Shown one piece after another: positions 46,622 through 58,120 of a stretch of 64,000 nt of DNA. The stretch comes from Gammaproteobacteria bacterium (GTDB lineage Bacteria; Pseudomonadota; Gammaproteobacteria; HK1): assembly GCA_011775625.1 (NCBI GenBank), contig JAABYT010000039.1:34564-98563 (forward strand). The letters run 5' to 3'. Within the stretch, counting starts at the first letter, position 1. Every line of letters starts with the position of its first letter. The notes below the pieces were generated by a model. The model saw nothing but the letters and a program-made list of their open reading frames with translations, searched no databases and was not told the origin of the DNA. The position numbers and the translations under genes were made by a program.

Positions 46622-46643
46622 GGGGGAGGCCGGGGCCTCCCCC
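46622..46643. repeat. Perfect GC-rich palindrome/hairpin 20 nt after the SSS transporter stop
   Basis: GGGGGAGGCC-GG-GGCCTCCCCC, with no T-tract on either strand. Confidence 0.45.
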
Positions 46644-46662
46644 TGCGCGGGTCAACGGGTCC

Positions 46663-48657
46663 TCACAGCTCCTTGGACGCCTCGTGGACATCACCGATGT
46701 CCTCGTAGAGCGACTGGATCTCCGTCTCCGGAACCGTCGAGAGCTCCATCTTGTAGGCCAGGAACCACATCATGAACACACCCAGTGCCCACCAGAGGAT
46801 CTGCCAGGCCCAGATGGAGGGCATGCCGAAGGTCCAGGTGGCCATATCGTTCGGGTTGCCGAAAATCGTGTTACCGATGACGGCGCCCGGACCGATACCG
46901 AAGAAGAACCAGACCAGCGTGATGATCCACGCGATCGGCACCAGGCCCTTCTTGGCCGCTGGCAGCGAGGCGTGCTCACGCAGGAAGCTGTGGAACTTCA
47001 TGCGGTGCTGGGTCTCAGCCTGATTCTGGGTCATGGCCGAGATGATGATGGCCAATCCCAGATTGAAGAGGATGCCCCAGCCGGCCGAGTGGATGGTCAG
47101 CGGCCAGCGGCCCCAGGCGGTGATGCCAAGGTTCTGCCCGATGGTCTCGGTGCAGGTGACCGCGATGAGACCAGCGATGAGACCGATGGTGCAGCCCTGG
47201 CGGGTGAGCCACGGGAACCAGCACACAGCCATCAGGGACGGCCACATCTGGAAGCCGTAGGCCACCGCGAGACCACCCAGCAGCACCAGCGCGTCCCGCG
47301 ACGTGGTGGCAACCACCAGAGCAGCCAGCACGATGACGCCGACGCCGACGCGGCCCCAGAATTTCTGGGCACCGTGGGAGGCGTTGGGCATCATGAAGTG
47401 CTTGAGCAGATCGCGGGTCAACATGCCGCCGGCGGTGGACATGTAGGCGGCGCCGGTGGACTGCATGGCAGCCAGGGCGCATACCGCGAGCAGGCCCACC
47501 AGCCACGGTGCCGCGTCGCTCATCAGTCCAATGAGCTGTGGCACCAGCATGCCCTGCTTGCCGGCCGACTCCATCAGATCCTTGCCTCCGAGGCCGGCGC
47601 TGAGAACGTCGTTGACGTGCTCGGGATGCGCCGCCGCGAACGAGGTGTCGGCACCCAGGAGGTGTCCGCCGAGCGCCTGCATGGCCGTGAAGAAGAACAG
47701 GATCAGGCCGATACCGAAGGAAGACGCCCACACCTGCTGCGGCGCGAAGGGCCGCGGGTTGGTGTTGGAGAACGCCCACATGGAGAACGCCGGAGAGGAA
47801 TGGATGCCCATGAGCGCGAACATGTAGGTCAGGATCATGATGCCGGTCCAGGCGCCGCCGGCGGCCTTGGGCCCCGCGGAGACGAACTGGATGACGCCGG
47901 GTATGGCGATGTAGTGGCTGTAGCCGTCGAGCGTCACCTTGCCGTTGGTGCCGAGCTTCTGCCCCGCCGCGGCCGTCGCCCTGTCGAACTCTGCGAGCGC
48001 GAAGATGCCCTCGTTGAGCTTGGTCCAGCCGCCGACGTAGGAAAGGGCGATGATGCCGATCAGCGTGATGCCGAGCATCAGCAGGACGCACTGCAGGGTG
48101 TCCACGTAGGCCACGGCGCGCAGTCCGCCCGATGCGACATAGATGAACACCACCGCCGAGAGCAACCACATGCCGACGTCGACCGAGAACAGGCCGTCAG
48201 TGAGCACGTTGAACAGGAAGCCCGAGGCGCGCAGCTGCAGGCCGAGATAGGGCACCGAGAACACCAGCGCCACCAGCACCACCAGAATGCGGATGACATC
48301 CGACTTGAAGTAGTGCGAGAGCATCTCGCCCGGCGTCACGAAGCCGAAGCGTTTGCCCAGCATCCACTGGCGTTTCAGGAACATGACCCCGGTGAACGGG
48401 ATGGTGATGGCGTAGAACGAGGCGTAGGCGTACTGGAAGCCGTCGCGGTACAGCAGCCCTGGATGCCCCATGAAGGTCCAGCCGGAGAACGACGTGGCCG
48501 TTGCCGCGAGCACGAATACCCACAGCGACAGGCGTCGCCCGGCGATGAAATAGTCACTGGCTGTCTTGGCCTGCATCGCACCCCGTACTCCCCAGAAGAT
48601 GCAATACGCCCAATACAGCACGACGAATATGAACAACCAAACGACTGATGCGCTCAT
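46663..48657 (-). CDS. Sodium:solute symporter (SSS/SLC5) family transporter, long form (about 664 aa)
   Basis: Polytopic protein with an SSS-like N-terminus (DYFIAGRRLSLWVFVLAATATSFSGWTFMG). ATG MSASVVW, preceded by GGGGGGA, is preferred to the TTG at 48681. Confidence 0.85.
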   Translation of the reverse strand: MSASVVWLFIFVVLYWAYCIFWGVRGAMQAKTASDYFIAGRRLSLWVFVLAATATSFSGWTFMGHPGLLYRDGFQYAYASFYAITIPFTGVMFLKRQWMLGKRFGFVTPGEMLSHYFKSDVIRILVVLVALVFSVPYLGLQLRASGFLFNVLTDGLFSVDVGMWLLSAVVFIYVASGGLRAVAYVDTLQCVLLMLGITLIGIIALSYVGGWTKLNEGIFALAEFDRATAAAGQKLGTNGKVTLDGYSHYIAIPGVIQFVSAGPKAAGGAWTGIMILTYMFALMGIHSSPAFSMWAFSNTNPRPFAPQQVWASSFGIGLILFFFTAMQALGGHLLGADTSFAAAHPEHVNDVLSAGLGGKDLMESAGKQGMLVPQLIGLMSDAAPWLVGLLAVCALAAMQSTGAAYMSTAGGMLTRDLLKHFMMPNASHGAQKFWGRVGVGVIVLAALVVATTSRDALVLLGGLAVAYGFQMWPSLMAVCWFPWLTRQGCTIGLIAGLIAVTCTETIGQNLGITAWGRWPLTIHSAGWGILFNLGLAIIISAMTQNQAETQHRMKFHSFLREHASLPAAKKGLVPIAWIITLVWFFFGIGPGAVIGNTIFGNPNDMATWTFGMPSIWAWQILWWALGVFMMWFLAYKMELSTVPETEIQSLYEDIGDVHEASKEL

Positions 48658-48798
48658 TGTCGTCCCCCCAATAATGGCCAATTGGTCGAGTGGCCCGTTG
48701 GCGAGTGCTCCTGCATCGACGCGCTTCCCCCGGACCCCTTGCGGCTGCGGCAGGTCGAACCCCCTCGGCTCGCGCCAACCACCCCGTCAGAGGGGCTG

Positions 48799-48814
48799 TG
48801 CAACAATTGTGCCT
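48799..48814 (-). promoter_or_regulatory. Sigma-54 (RpoN) -24/-12 promoter for the SSS transporter gene
   Basis: The minus strand reads AGGCAC-AATTG-TTGCA, i.e. GGCAC-N5-TTGCA with exact GG-N10-GC spacing, about 140 nt upstream of the transporter ATG and just downstream of the sigma-54 activator gene. Confidence 0.75.
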
Positions 48815-48887
48815 CTTTACGAACGCTTTACGTTTCAGAGGCTTAATACGAATTTTCTGTGTTGTACCGGAGTAGATGTGGATAACC

Positions 48888-48904
48888 TGTTACAGGAGGT
48901 AACG
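48888..48904. promoter_or_regulatory. Candidate enhancer-binding-protein site (palindrome TGTTAC-N5-GTAAC)
   Basis: TGTTACaggagGTAACg is centred about 85 nt upstream of the -24 element. It is separated from that element by the most AT-rich stretch of the region (48815-48870), which could be a bending/IHF region. Confidence 0.4.
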
Positions 48905-48935
48905 GGATCCGTGGGGTGATTGGAAACGCGGGTGC

Positions 48936-50299
<1,364 letters not shown>

Positions 50300-50303
<4 letters not shown>

Positions 50304-53281
50304 GACAGGGCCCCCGGCGACGCGGCGCCGGCTTCGCTGAGCGGCGCCTCGCTCCGCATCGCCCCCGGCAGGGTGATGGTCACCCGCGTGCCTCGCCCCG
50401 GCTGGCTGTCGATGGCGATCTGGCCGCCGTGATCCTGGACGATGCGGTAGACCACCGAGAGCCCGAGGCCGGTGCCCTGGCGCGGCCCCTTGGTGGTCAC
50501 GAACGGCTCGAAGACCTGTTCGAGCAGATCCTCGGGGATGCCGGCGCCGTTGTCGCGGACCTCGATGAGGGCGCTGGTGCCCTCGATGCGCGCCGCGACG
50601 ACGACCGCGCCGTCGGGCTCGGAGGCGTCGCAGGCGTTGGTGAGCAGGTTCACGAACACCTGGATCAGGCGGGTGCGGTTTGCGTCGAGCACGATATCCG
50701 GCGGGCAGTCGATGCGCATGCGCACCTCGCGCGCGCCGTGGCTCAGGCGCACCAGATCGGCTGCCTCGCCGATGCACTCGCTCAGGGTCACTCTGCGGAA
50801 CGGCTCGCTGGCGAACGATCCGCCGTGGCTGAATCCGACCAGGGTCTGCACGATCTCGGAGATGCGCCTGGTCTGCTCGACGATTTGCCGGGTGGTGGTG
50901 CGCACCTCGGCATCCTCGGACTCGCTCTCCAGGTTCTGGGCGAGGCAGGCGATGCCGGTGACCGGATTGCCGATCTCGTGGGCGACGCCGGCGGCGAGTC
51001 GGCCGATGGAGGCGAGCCGCTCGCTGTGGGCCAGCTCGCTCTCGAGGTTCTGCAGGTCGGTGAGATCCTCGACCAGGATGACCACGCCGCCGGCCTCGCC
51101 GGGCGCCGCGGGGTCCTCGATGGCCGCCTTGTGCAGGTTGAACCAGCGCCGCCGGCCGCTGATGGAGGTCTCGACCTTGTGCAGGTGCTGCTCGCTTCCC
51201 TGCACACAGTTCAGCATCAGCGCCGACCAGGGCGCGGGCAGACGCTCGACGGTGCTGCCCAGGGCCTGACCGCGCGCGACCCCGGAGATCACCTCCATGG
51301 CGAGATTCCAGGTCAGCACCTGCCGATCCGGGCCCAGCCCGCAGACGCCCAGCGGCAGGTCGCGCAGCGTCTGCTGGTGATATCGGCGCAGCCGGTCGAG
51401 CTCCGCCGCCGCGCCCTCGAAGCGCATCTGCGAGTGCTCGATGCGTTCCTCGATGAAGCGGATGTTGTCGGCGAGCGCGGTGCGCGCGCCGGAGTCAGTC
51501 TGCAGGCGCTCGTCGACGATCATGCGCGCCAGCATCGGCCCCATGAGGCCCGACAGGTTACGCTCGATGCGTTCGCGCAGCTGTCGAAGGGCACGGCTGC
51601 CGCGCTCGTCGTAGCTCATGCCGAGATCCTTGAGCGCCTGGTCGACCTCGAAACCGGCCGCCTGGTCGCCGAGGATGCGCGCCAGATGCTCCTTGAACTC
51701 GCCCGGCGAAGATGCGGTGGGTGTGGCTCCGAGCGGCAGCGTGTAGGTCGTGCGGCAGCAGGCGTCGGCGGCCTGCTGCTCCTCGTCGCTGGGCCGGGTG
51801 AGCAGCGAGACCGCGAAAAACAGCACGCCGTTGACAGCCAGGGAAAAGACCGTTGCGTACGACCAGGGATCGCGCCCGGCGGTGGGTGGCAGCGACAGCG
51901 CGACGAGGGTTTCGCCGCCGATGCCCGAGCCCGCAAGCAGCGGGAACAGCAGCGTCACGGTCCATACGGCGCCGCCGCCGACGAGCCCGGCGATGAAGCC
52001 CGAGCGGGTCGCGCGCGGCCAGAACAGCAGGCCGAACACGCCGGGCAGAAACTGCGCCACGGCGACGAATGAGATGAGCCCCAGCTGCACCAGTCCCTGG
52101 TTGCGCTCGAGCACCAGGTAGAAGCCGTAGCCGGCCAGGATAATGACGGCGATGAGGGTGCGCCGACCCCACAGCAGCCACTTGTACAGGTTGACGTCCG
52201 GGTCCGGGTAACTCGCCGGCAGCAGCAGGTGATTCAGGCACATGGAAGCGAGCGCCAGCGAGGTCACGATCATCATGGCGCTGGCCGCCGAGATGCCACC
52301 GATGAAAGCGAGCGCGGTGAGTCCACCGAAATCGCTGCTCAAGGTGATGCCGAGCACGTAGAAGTCGGCGCTGGTGGTGGCGCCGAGCTCGGTCCCGGCC
52401 CACAGGATGGCCGGGATGAACAGATTCAGCAGCAACAGGAAAAGCGGGAACATCCACGATGCCGACCAAAGCGTACGTTCTTCGATGTTCTCGGTGAACG
52501 TCATGTGGAACTGGCGCGGCAGCAGGAAGGCTGCACAGAAAGACAGAAGCAGCAGCGTCGTCCACGGGCCTTCGCGCACCGGCCGGTAGAGTGCCTCGAG
52601 CGCCTCGGGGTGCACCGACAACCAATCGTCCAGGCCGCCGAAGCCGCCGAACACGCCGAAAACGGCGAACACGCCGACCGCGGCGAGCGCCACCAGCTTG
52701 ACCATGGATTCGAAGGCGATGGCGACCACCAGTCCCTCGTGTTTTTCCCGCGGCGAGATGTGGCGCGCGCCGAAAAGGATGGCGAACAGCGTCAGCGTCA
52801 CGCAGAAGCCCAGGGCCAGCACCTGCGGCGGCGCCTCCTGGGTGAGGATCTGGATCGACTCGGTCACCGCGAGAATCTGCAGCGCGATGTAGGGAAACGC
52901 ACCGAAAAGCATGAACAGCGTCACCAGCACACCGGCCGCCTGGCTGCGGTAGCGGAACGACAGCACGTCGGCCAGAGACGTGAGCTGGTAGTCGCGGGCG
53001 ATGCGCAGGATCGGCGCGAGCAGCACCGGCGCCAGCATGAACGCGAGGGTGACGCCGATGTAGATGCTCAGGAAATTGAAGCCCTGGGTCTGGGCGAAGC
53101 CGACGCTGCCGTAGAAGGTCCAGGATGTCGCGTAGACGCCGAGCGATAGCGCGTAGGTGACCGGATGGCGCGCGACCCGCTGAGGGATCCAGCCCTGCTC
53201 GGTGGCGTAGGCGATGAAGAACAGCACCAGCAGGTAAATGACCGCGGCAAAGAACAGATGACCAAGCTCAAAGCTCATCAC
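50300..53281 (-). CDS. cbrA: Sensor histidine kinase with N-terminal SSS/SLC5 transporter-like domain, CbrA-like
   Basis: 993 aa. About 13 TM segments of SSS type, then a PAS-like region, the H-box [12 protein letters not shown], the N-box NLLTNACDA and the G-boxes DNGAGIP / GTGLGLS. Confidence 0.88.
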
Positions 53282-53468
53282 GATGCCGCCGATGATGAAC
53301 GACGCCGGTGACCACGATGACGCCGAGCCAGATGAGGTACGGCACGTACCAGGGCGCCTCGGGAGTCATCCACAGCAGATGGACGGGGGAGGCGAACAGG
53401 AACGCCGCCGCGACGAAGATCACCAGGACCAGGTCGAGAAACTTCACGTTTGCGGACGGCGCACGCAT
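53268..53468 (-). CDS. Small membrane protein (66 aa) upstream of and overlapping the kinase gene (CbrX-like position)
   Basis: Two hydrophobic helices. Its start overlaps the nusB stop by 1 nt and its end overlaps the kinase start by 14 nt. Confidence 0.5.
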   Translation of the reverse strand: MRAPSANVKFLDLVLVIFVAAAFLFASPVHLLWMTPEAPWYVPYLIWLGVIVVTGVVHHRRHRDEL

Positions 53469-53904
53469 CAGCCGGTTCGCCTCGACGCGTCACGGACGCT
53501 GTGGGCGAGGCTGTCGAGAATGCCGTTCACGTACCGGTGACTCTGCTCGGCGCCGAACTCGCGGGCGAGCTCGACGTACTCGTTGATGACCACACGCCAG
53601 GGAACGTCCTTGCGCTCGGTGAGCTCGAATGCACCCATGCGCAGAATGGCCCGCTCGACGGCGTCGACCTGCGCGATGGGTCGATCGAGAAACGGCGCGA
53701 GACGTGCATCGAGTTGCTCGACGCGCGCCGGCACGCCCTGCAGCAGCTCGGAGAAGGTTTCCTCGTCCATGTGCCTGCGCGGTCGCGCGTCGTGAAACTG
53801 CTCGGCGATGCTGTCCGGCGACTGCCCCGTCATCTGCCACTGATAGAGCGCCTGCAGGGCGCTGCGGCGGGCGCGGCTGCGCGGACTGCGCGACGATGCG
53901 GCCA

Positions 53905-53905
<1 letters not shown>
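53468..53905 (-). CDS. nusB: Transcription antitermination factor NusB
   Basis: Motifs RSRARRSALQALYQWQM, ERAILRMGAFEL and YVELAREFG. Start at an internal Met overlapping the ribH stop by 1 nt. Confidence 0.92.
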
Positions 53906-54381
<476 letters not shown>

Positions 54382-54423
54382 GGGACATTTCGCCGCAAAA
54401 ACAACGCATTGTAACCGTTTCCT

Positions 54424-55032
54424 TCAGGCTCCATCCAATCCGCGGGCGTCCAGCAGGCGCTCCAGATAGCGCGCAATCAGATCCACCTCCAGGTTCACGC
54501 GGCGCCCCGGGGCGAACTCGCCGAAGGTGGTCGCCTCGAGGGTGTGCGGGACGATATTGACGGCGAAGCCATCCGCTTGCACCGCGTTGACCGTGAGGCT
54601 CACCCCGTCGACGCAGATGGAGCCCTTGACGGCGATGTAGCGGGCGAGCGTCGCCGGCGCGCTGAACGTGAAGCGCACCGAGCGCGCCTCGTCGTGGCGG
54701 GTGAGAACACGACCGGTGCCGTCCACGTGGCCGCTCACGAGATGCCCGCCGAGCGGTGTCGAAGGCGTCAGGGCGCGCTCGAGATTGACCCGATCGCCCG
54801 CGCCGAGATCGGCGAGCGTCGTGCAGGCGAGCGTCTCCACCGAGACGTCGGCGTGAAAGCCCGACGGGGCGAGCTCGGTGGCGGTCAGGCAGACGCCGTT
54901 GACGCACACCGAGTCGCCGATGGCGGGGGGCGTCTCGGCAAGCAGCGGCGCGTCGATGCGCAGGCGCCGGTCGGCGCCGTGCGCCTCGACGGCGCCGACC
55001 ACCCCGACGGCTTCAATGATGCCCGTGAACAT
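54424..55032 (-). CDS. ribE: Riboflavin synthase alpha chain
   Basis: MFTGIIEAVG start and two repeated lumazine-binding halves (GDSVCVNGVCLT / GSICVDGVSLT). Confidence 0.93.
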   Translation of the reverse strand: MFTGIIEAVGVVGAVEAHGADRRLRIDAPLLAETPPAIGDSVCVNGVCLTATELAPSGFHADVSVETLACTTLADLGAGDRVNLERALTPSTPLGGHLVSGHVDGTGRVLTRHDEARSVRFTFSAPATLARYIAVKGSICVDGVSLTVNAVQADGFAVNIVPHTLEATTFGEFAPGRRVNLEVDLIARYLERLLDARGLDGA

Positions 55033-55063
55033 GTGCCGGATTATGCCCGCATTTGTCGCGCTC

Positions 55064-56167
55064 CTACCTCGAGCGCACTCGGGCGGTCGTGCGCCAGTCG
55101 CGGCCGACGGGTTGCACGTCGACCACGTCGAGCGCGAGGCCCTGGGCGAGACGCCGGATGCCGGGCAGATGGAAGAGTCCGCGTCCGGAATCGCCGAGCA
55201 GCAGCGGCGCGGTGTAAACGACGATCTCGTCGGCGAGCCCGGCCTCGAGCACCGCCCCGGCCAGGGTCGCCCCGGCTTCCACCAGGACCTCGTTGCACTC
55301 GCGCGCGGCCAGCGACGTCATGAGCGCCTCGAGACCGGCGCGACCGTCGTCGGCGAGCGTGAGGATCTCGGCGCCGGCATCCGCGAGCCGCCGGCGCGAG
55401 GCGGCGTCCCGGCTGCTGGTGGCGATCAGGGTCGCGCCGGGCTGGTGCAGCAGCGAAGCGTCGGCCGGCGTGCGCAGGCGCCGGTCGAGCACCACGCGCA
55501 GGGGCTGACGCACCGGGCCGCCGTCCTCGGGCGCCACATCGCGCACCGTCAGCGCCGGATCGTCGGCGAGAACGGTGCCGATTCCGGTGACGATGGCGGA
55601 GCTGCGCGCGCGCAGATGCTGCGCGTCGCGGCGCGCCGCGGGGCCGGTGATCCACTTGCTTTCGCCGTCGGCCATGGCCGTGCGTCCGTCGAGGCTGGCC
55701 GCCATCTTGATGCGCACGAACGGCCGCCCGCGCGTGTGGCGCGTGAGGAAGCCGACGTTGAGCGCCCGCGCCTGGTCCTCGAGCACGCCGCTGCTGACCT
55801 CGACGCCGCGTGCGCGCAGCGCCTCGAGGCCGCTCCCGGCGGTGCGCGGATCCGGATCGATGGTGGCCGCCACCACCCGTGACACGCCGGCTGCCAGCAG
55901 GGCCTCGGTGCACGGCCCGGTGCGGCCGTGATGGCAGCACGGCTCGAGCGTCACGTACACGGTGGCGCCGCGCGCCCGCTCGCCCGCGGCGCGCAGGGCG
56001 TTGACCTCGGCATGGGCTTCGCCGGCACGCGCGTGCCAGCCCTCGCCGACGATCTCGCCGGCCTGCACCAGCACGCAGCCGACGCGCGGGTTCGGATCGG
56101 CGGAGTAAAGGCCGCGTGCCGCGAGCTCGAGGGCGCGGGACATGAAGCGCGGGTCGTCGCTGTGCAT
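55064..56167 (-). CDS. ribD: Bifunctional diaminohydroxyphosphoribosylaminopyrimidine deaminase / 5-amino-6-(5-phosphoribosylamino)uracil reductase
   Basis: Motifs HAEVNAL, TLEPCCHHGRTGPC and KMAASLDGR. Start at internal Met MHSDDPRFM. The longer track ORF runs through nrdR in another frame. Confidence 0.92.
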   Translation of the reverse strand: MHSDDPRFMSRALELAARGLYSADPNPRVGCVLVQAGEIVGEGWHARAGEAHAEVNALRAAGERARGATVYVTLEPCCHHGRTGPCTEALLAAGVSRVVAATIDPDPRTAGSGLEALRARGVEVSSGVLEDQARALNVGFLTRHTRGRPFVRIKMAASLDGRTAMADGESKWITGPAARRDAQHLRARSSAIVTGIGTVLADDPALTVRDVAPEDGGPVRQPLRVVLDRRLRTPADASLLHQPGATLIATSSRDAASRRRLADAGAEILTLADDGRAGLEALMTSLAARECNEVLVEAGATLAGAVLEAGLADEIVVYTAPLLLGDSGRGLFHLPGIRRLAQGLALDVVDVQPVGRDWRTTARVRSR

Positions 56168-56190
56168 GGCGGGGCCGGCGGCGGAGCCGA

Positions 56191-56691
56191 TTACTCGTTC
56201 GGCAGCAGCGGTATTTGGCTGCGTCTCGCCTCCGGCGAGGGCTCGTTCTCGAGACGCTCGGCCTCTTCGCGAAAAGCGGCGACGTCCTGAAAGCTTCGAT
56301 AGACGGAGGCGAAACGCACGTAGGCGACCTGATCGAGCTCGCCGAGCGCCGCCATCACGCGCTCGCCGATGACGCGGCTCGCCACCTCGCGCTCGCCGCC
56401 GGCGGTGAGCGCGCGCTTGATGTGACCGATGGCCTGCTCGATGCGCTCGCTGTCCACGGGGCGCTTCTCCAGCGCGCGCAGCATCCCGGCGCGCAGCCGG
56501 GCCTCGTCGAAGGGCACGCGGCTGCCGTCGCGCTTGACCACCCGCGGCAGGGTCAGCTCGACCGTCTCGTAGGTGGTGAAGCGCTCCTTGCAGGCGCTGC
56601 ACTCGCGCCGGCGCCGCACCTCGTCGCCCTCGCCGGCAAGGCGCGAGTCCACCACCCGGGTGTCTTTCTCGGCGCAGAAGGGGCATCGCAT
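56191..56691 (-). CDS. nrdR: Transcriptional repressor NrdR
   Basis: MRCPFC..CSAC zinc ribbon plus ATP-cone. Confidence 0.95.
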   Translation of the reverse strand: MRCPFCAEKDTRVVDSRLAGEGDEVRRRRECSACKERFTTYETVELTLPRVVKRDGSRVPFDEARLRAGMLRALEKRPVDSERIEQAIGHIKRALTAGGEREVASRVIGERVMAALGELDQVAYVRFASVYRSFQDVAAFREEAERLENEPSPEARRSQIPLLPNE

Positions 56692-56717
56692 CGTTCAGGG
56701 GCTCTCGTAGGGCTCGT

Positions 56718-57695
56718 TCAGGTGCATGCTACCAGTCTATCGAGCACCGCGGTCCACGCGAGCGCGAGGTTGCGGCGATTGTAGCCACCGCCCCCCATGG
56801 CGAGAAGGCGCCCGCCGGCGTGCCTGTCGGCGATCGCGCACAGGCGCTCGGCCGCGTGAGCGTGCGCCGCGCTCGAGTAGCGCAGGTGGGTGATGGGGTC
56901 GCCGGCGAGGCTGTCGGCGCCGCACTGAAACAGGATGAACTCGGGGCGGGCGGCGTCGACGAACGCCTCGACCCGTTGCCAGGCGGCGAGGAACTGCGCG
57001 TCGTCGGCGTCCGGCGGCATCGGCATGTTGAGCTTGCTGCCGGCGGCTTCGTCACGGCCGCGCTCGTGCGCGTGCCCGGTGCCGGGGTAGAGAAAACGTC
57101 CGTCCTCGTGCACGTCGGCAAAAACCACGGCGGCGTCGCTTTCGAAGCCGTAATACACCCCGTCGCCGTGATGGGCGTCGATGTCGACGTAAGCGATGCG
57201 GCTCAGGGCGCATTCGCTTTTCAGATACTCGATGGCGACGCCGCAGTCGTTTACCGCGCAGAAACCGGCGGCCGCGGCGCGTCGCGCGTGGTGCAGGCCT
57301 GCGATTGGAATGAACGCACGCCGGCACTCGCCGTCCATGAGACGCCGGCAGGCATCGAGGGTCGTGCCGACCACGAACGCGGCCGCCTCGTAGACGCCCT
57401 GGAAAGCGGGCGTGTCACCGCTGTCGAGATAGCCGTTGCCGTGGCTGGACATGGCCACCAGCCGGTCGATGTAGCGCGGGTCGTGAAAGCGCGTCAGATC
57501 GTCGCGGCCGGCGGTAACGGGGTGGCGCACGCAGACCGCGGCATCGAGCCCCTGACGGCAGGCTTCGTGCCAGAAGGCATCCATGCGGTCGGGGCCGAAA
57601 GGATGGCCGTTGCCGAATGCATAGCGGCGCAGATCCTCACCGATGTAGACGCACACGGGATTGCGACGGGGCACGGGCTTTGTCTCGGATGTCAC
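56718..57695 (-). CDS. Histone deacetylase-family (AcuC/AphA-like) zinc deacetylase
   Basis: Motifs GLHHA, DIDAHHGDG and GGGGYN. Confidence 0.85.
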   Translation of the reverse strand: MTSETKPVPRRNPVCVYIGEDLRRYAFGNGHPFGPDRMDAFWHEACRQGLDAAVCVRHPVTAGRDDLTRFHDPRYIDRLVAMSSHGNGYLDSGDTPAFQGVYEAAAFVVGTTLDACRRLMDGECRRAFIPIAGLHHARRAAAAGFCAVNDCGVAIEYLKSECALSRIAYVDIDAHHGDGVYYGFESDAAVVFADVHEDGRFLYPGTGHAHERGRDEAAGSKLNMPMPPDADDAQFLAAWQRVEAFVDAARPEFILFQCGADSLAGDPITHLRYSSAAHAHAAERLCAIADRHAGGRLLAMGGGGYNRRNLALAWTAVLDRLVACT

Positions 57696-58120
57696 AACGT
57701 CAGCGGGTCACGCCCGGCGCGCAGCCGCAGCCAGTTGATGGTTCGCAATATTGCAGGCCGGTGCAGGATGCGCATCTCGAGCGAACGCTTTCCGGGAAAG
57801 TTCAGCAGCGCGAGTGCCGCCAGGATGGTCAGAATGCCCTGTCCGGGAAACAGCAGCATGGCGATCCCGGCGAGGAGCAAAACGCCGCCGATGGCGTTCT
57901 TCACGACGAGGAAAATAATTCGCAGCACAGGCCGGCTCTCGAACAGCCGCCGGCGGTGATTCTCTTCGGCGTAGAAGTCGGCGGGCAGCCTCACTATCAA
58001 GTAGGGGATCAGCGCGGCCGATATCACCAGCATGACGGCCGAGGCGATGCCCAGTATCCAGAACTCCCGCTGGTAACGCGACCAGATGTCCACCACCAGC
58101 TCCGGCAGCGCAGCTTCCAA
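57692..58120 (-). CDS. Membrane protein with PGPGW-like motif (FPGQGILT)
   Basis: 142 aa with three or four TM segments. 4-nt overlap with the deacetylase gene. Confidence 0.6.
   Translation of the reverse strand: MEAALPELVVDIWSRYQREFWILGIASAVMLVISAALIPYLIVRLPADFYAEENHRRRLFESRPVLRIIFLVVKNAIGGVLLLAGIAMLLFPGQGILTILAALALLNFPGKRSLEMRILHRPAILRTINWLRLRAGRDPLTL

Noticed and set aside
46684-48648. 654-aa ORF antisense to the SSS transporter
   Set aside because: Shadow ORF with a hydrophilic, Arg/Gly/His-rich product. The opposite frame encodes a coherent polytopic transporter.
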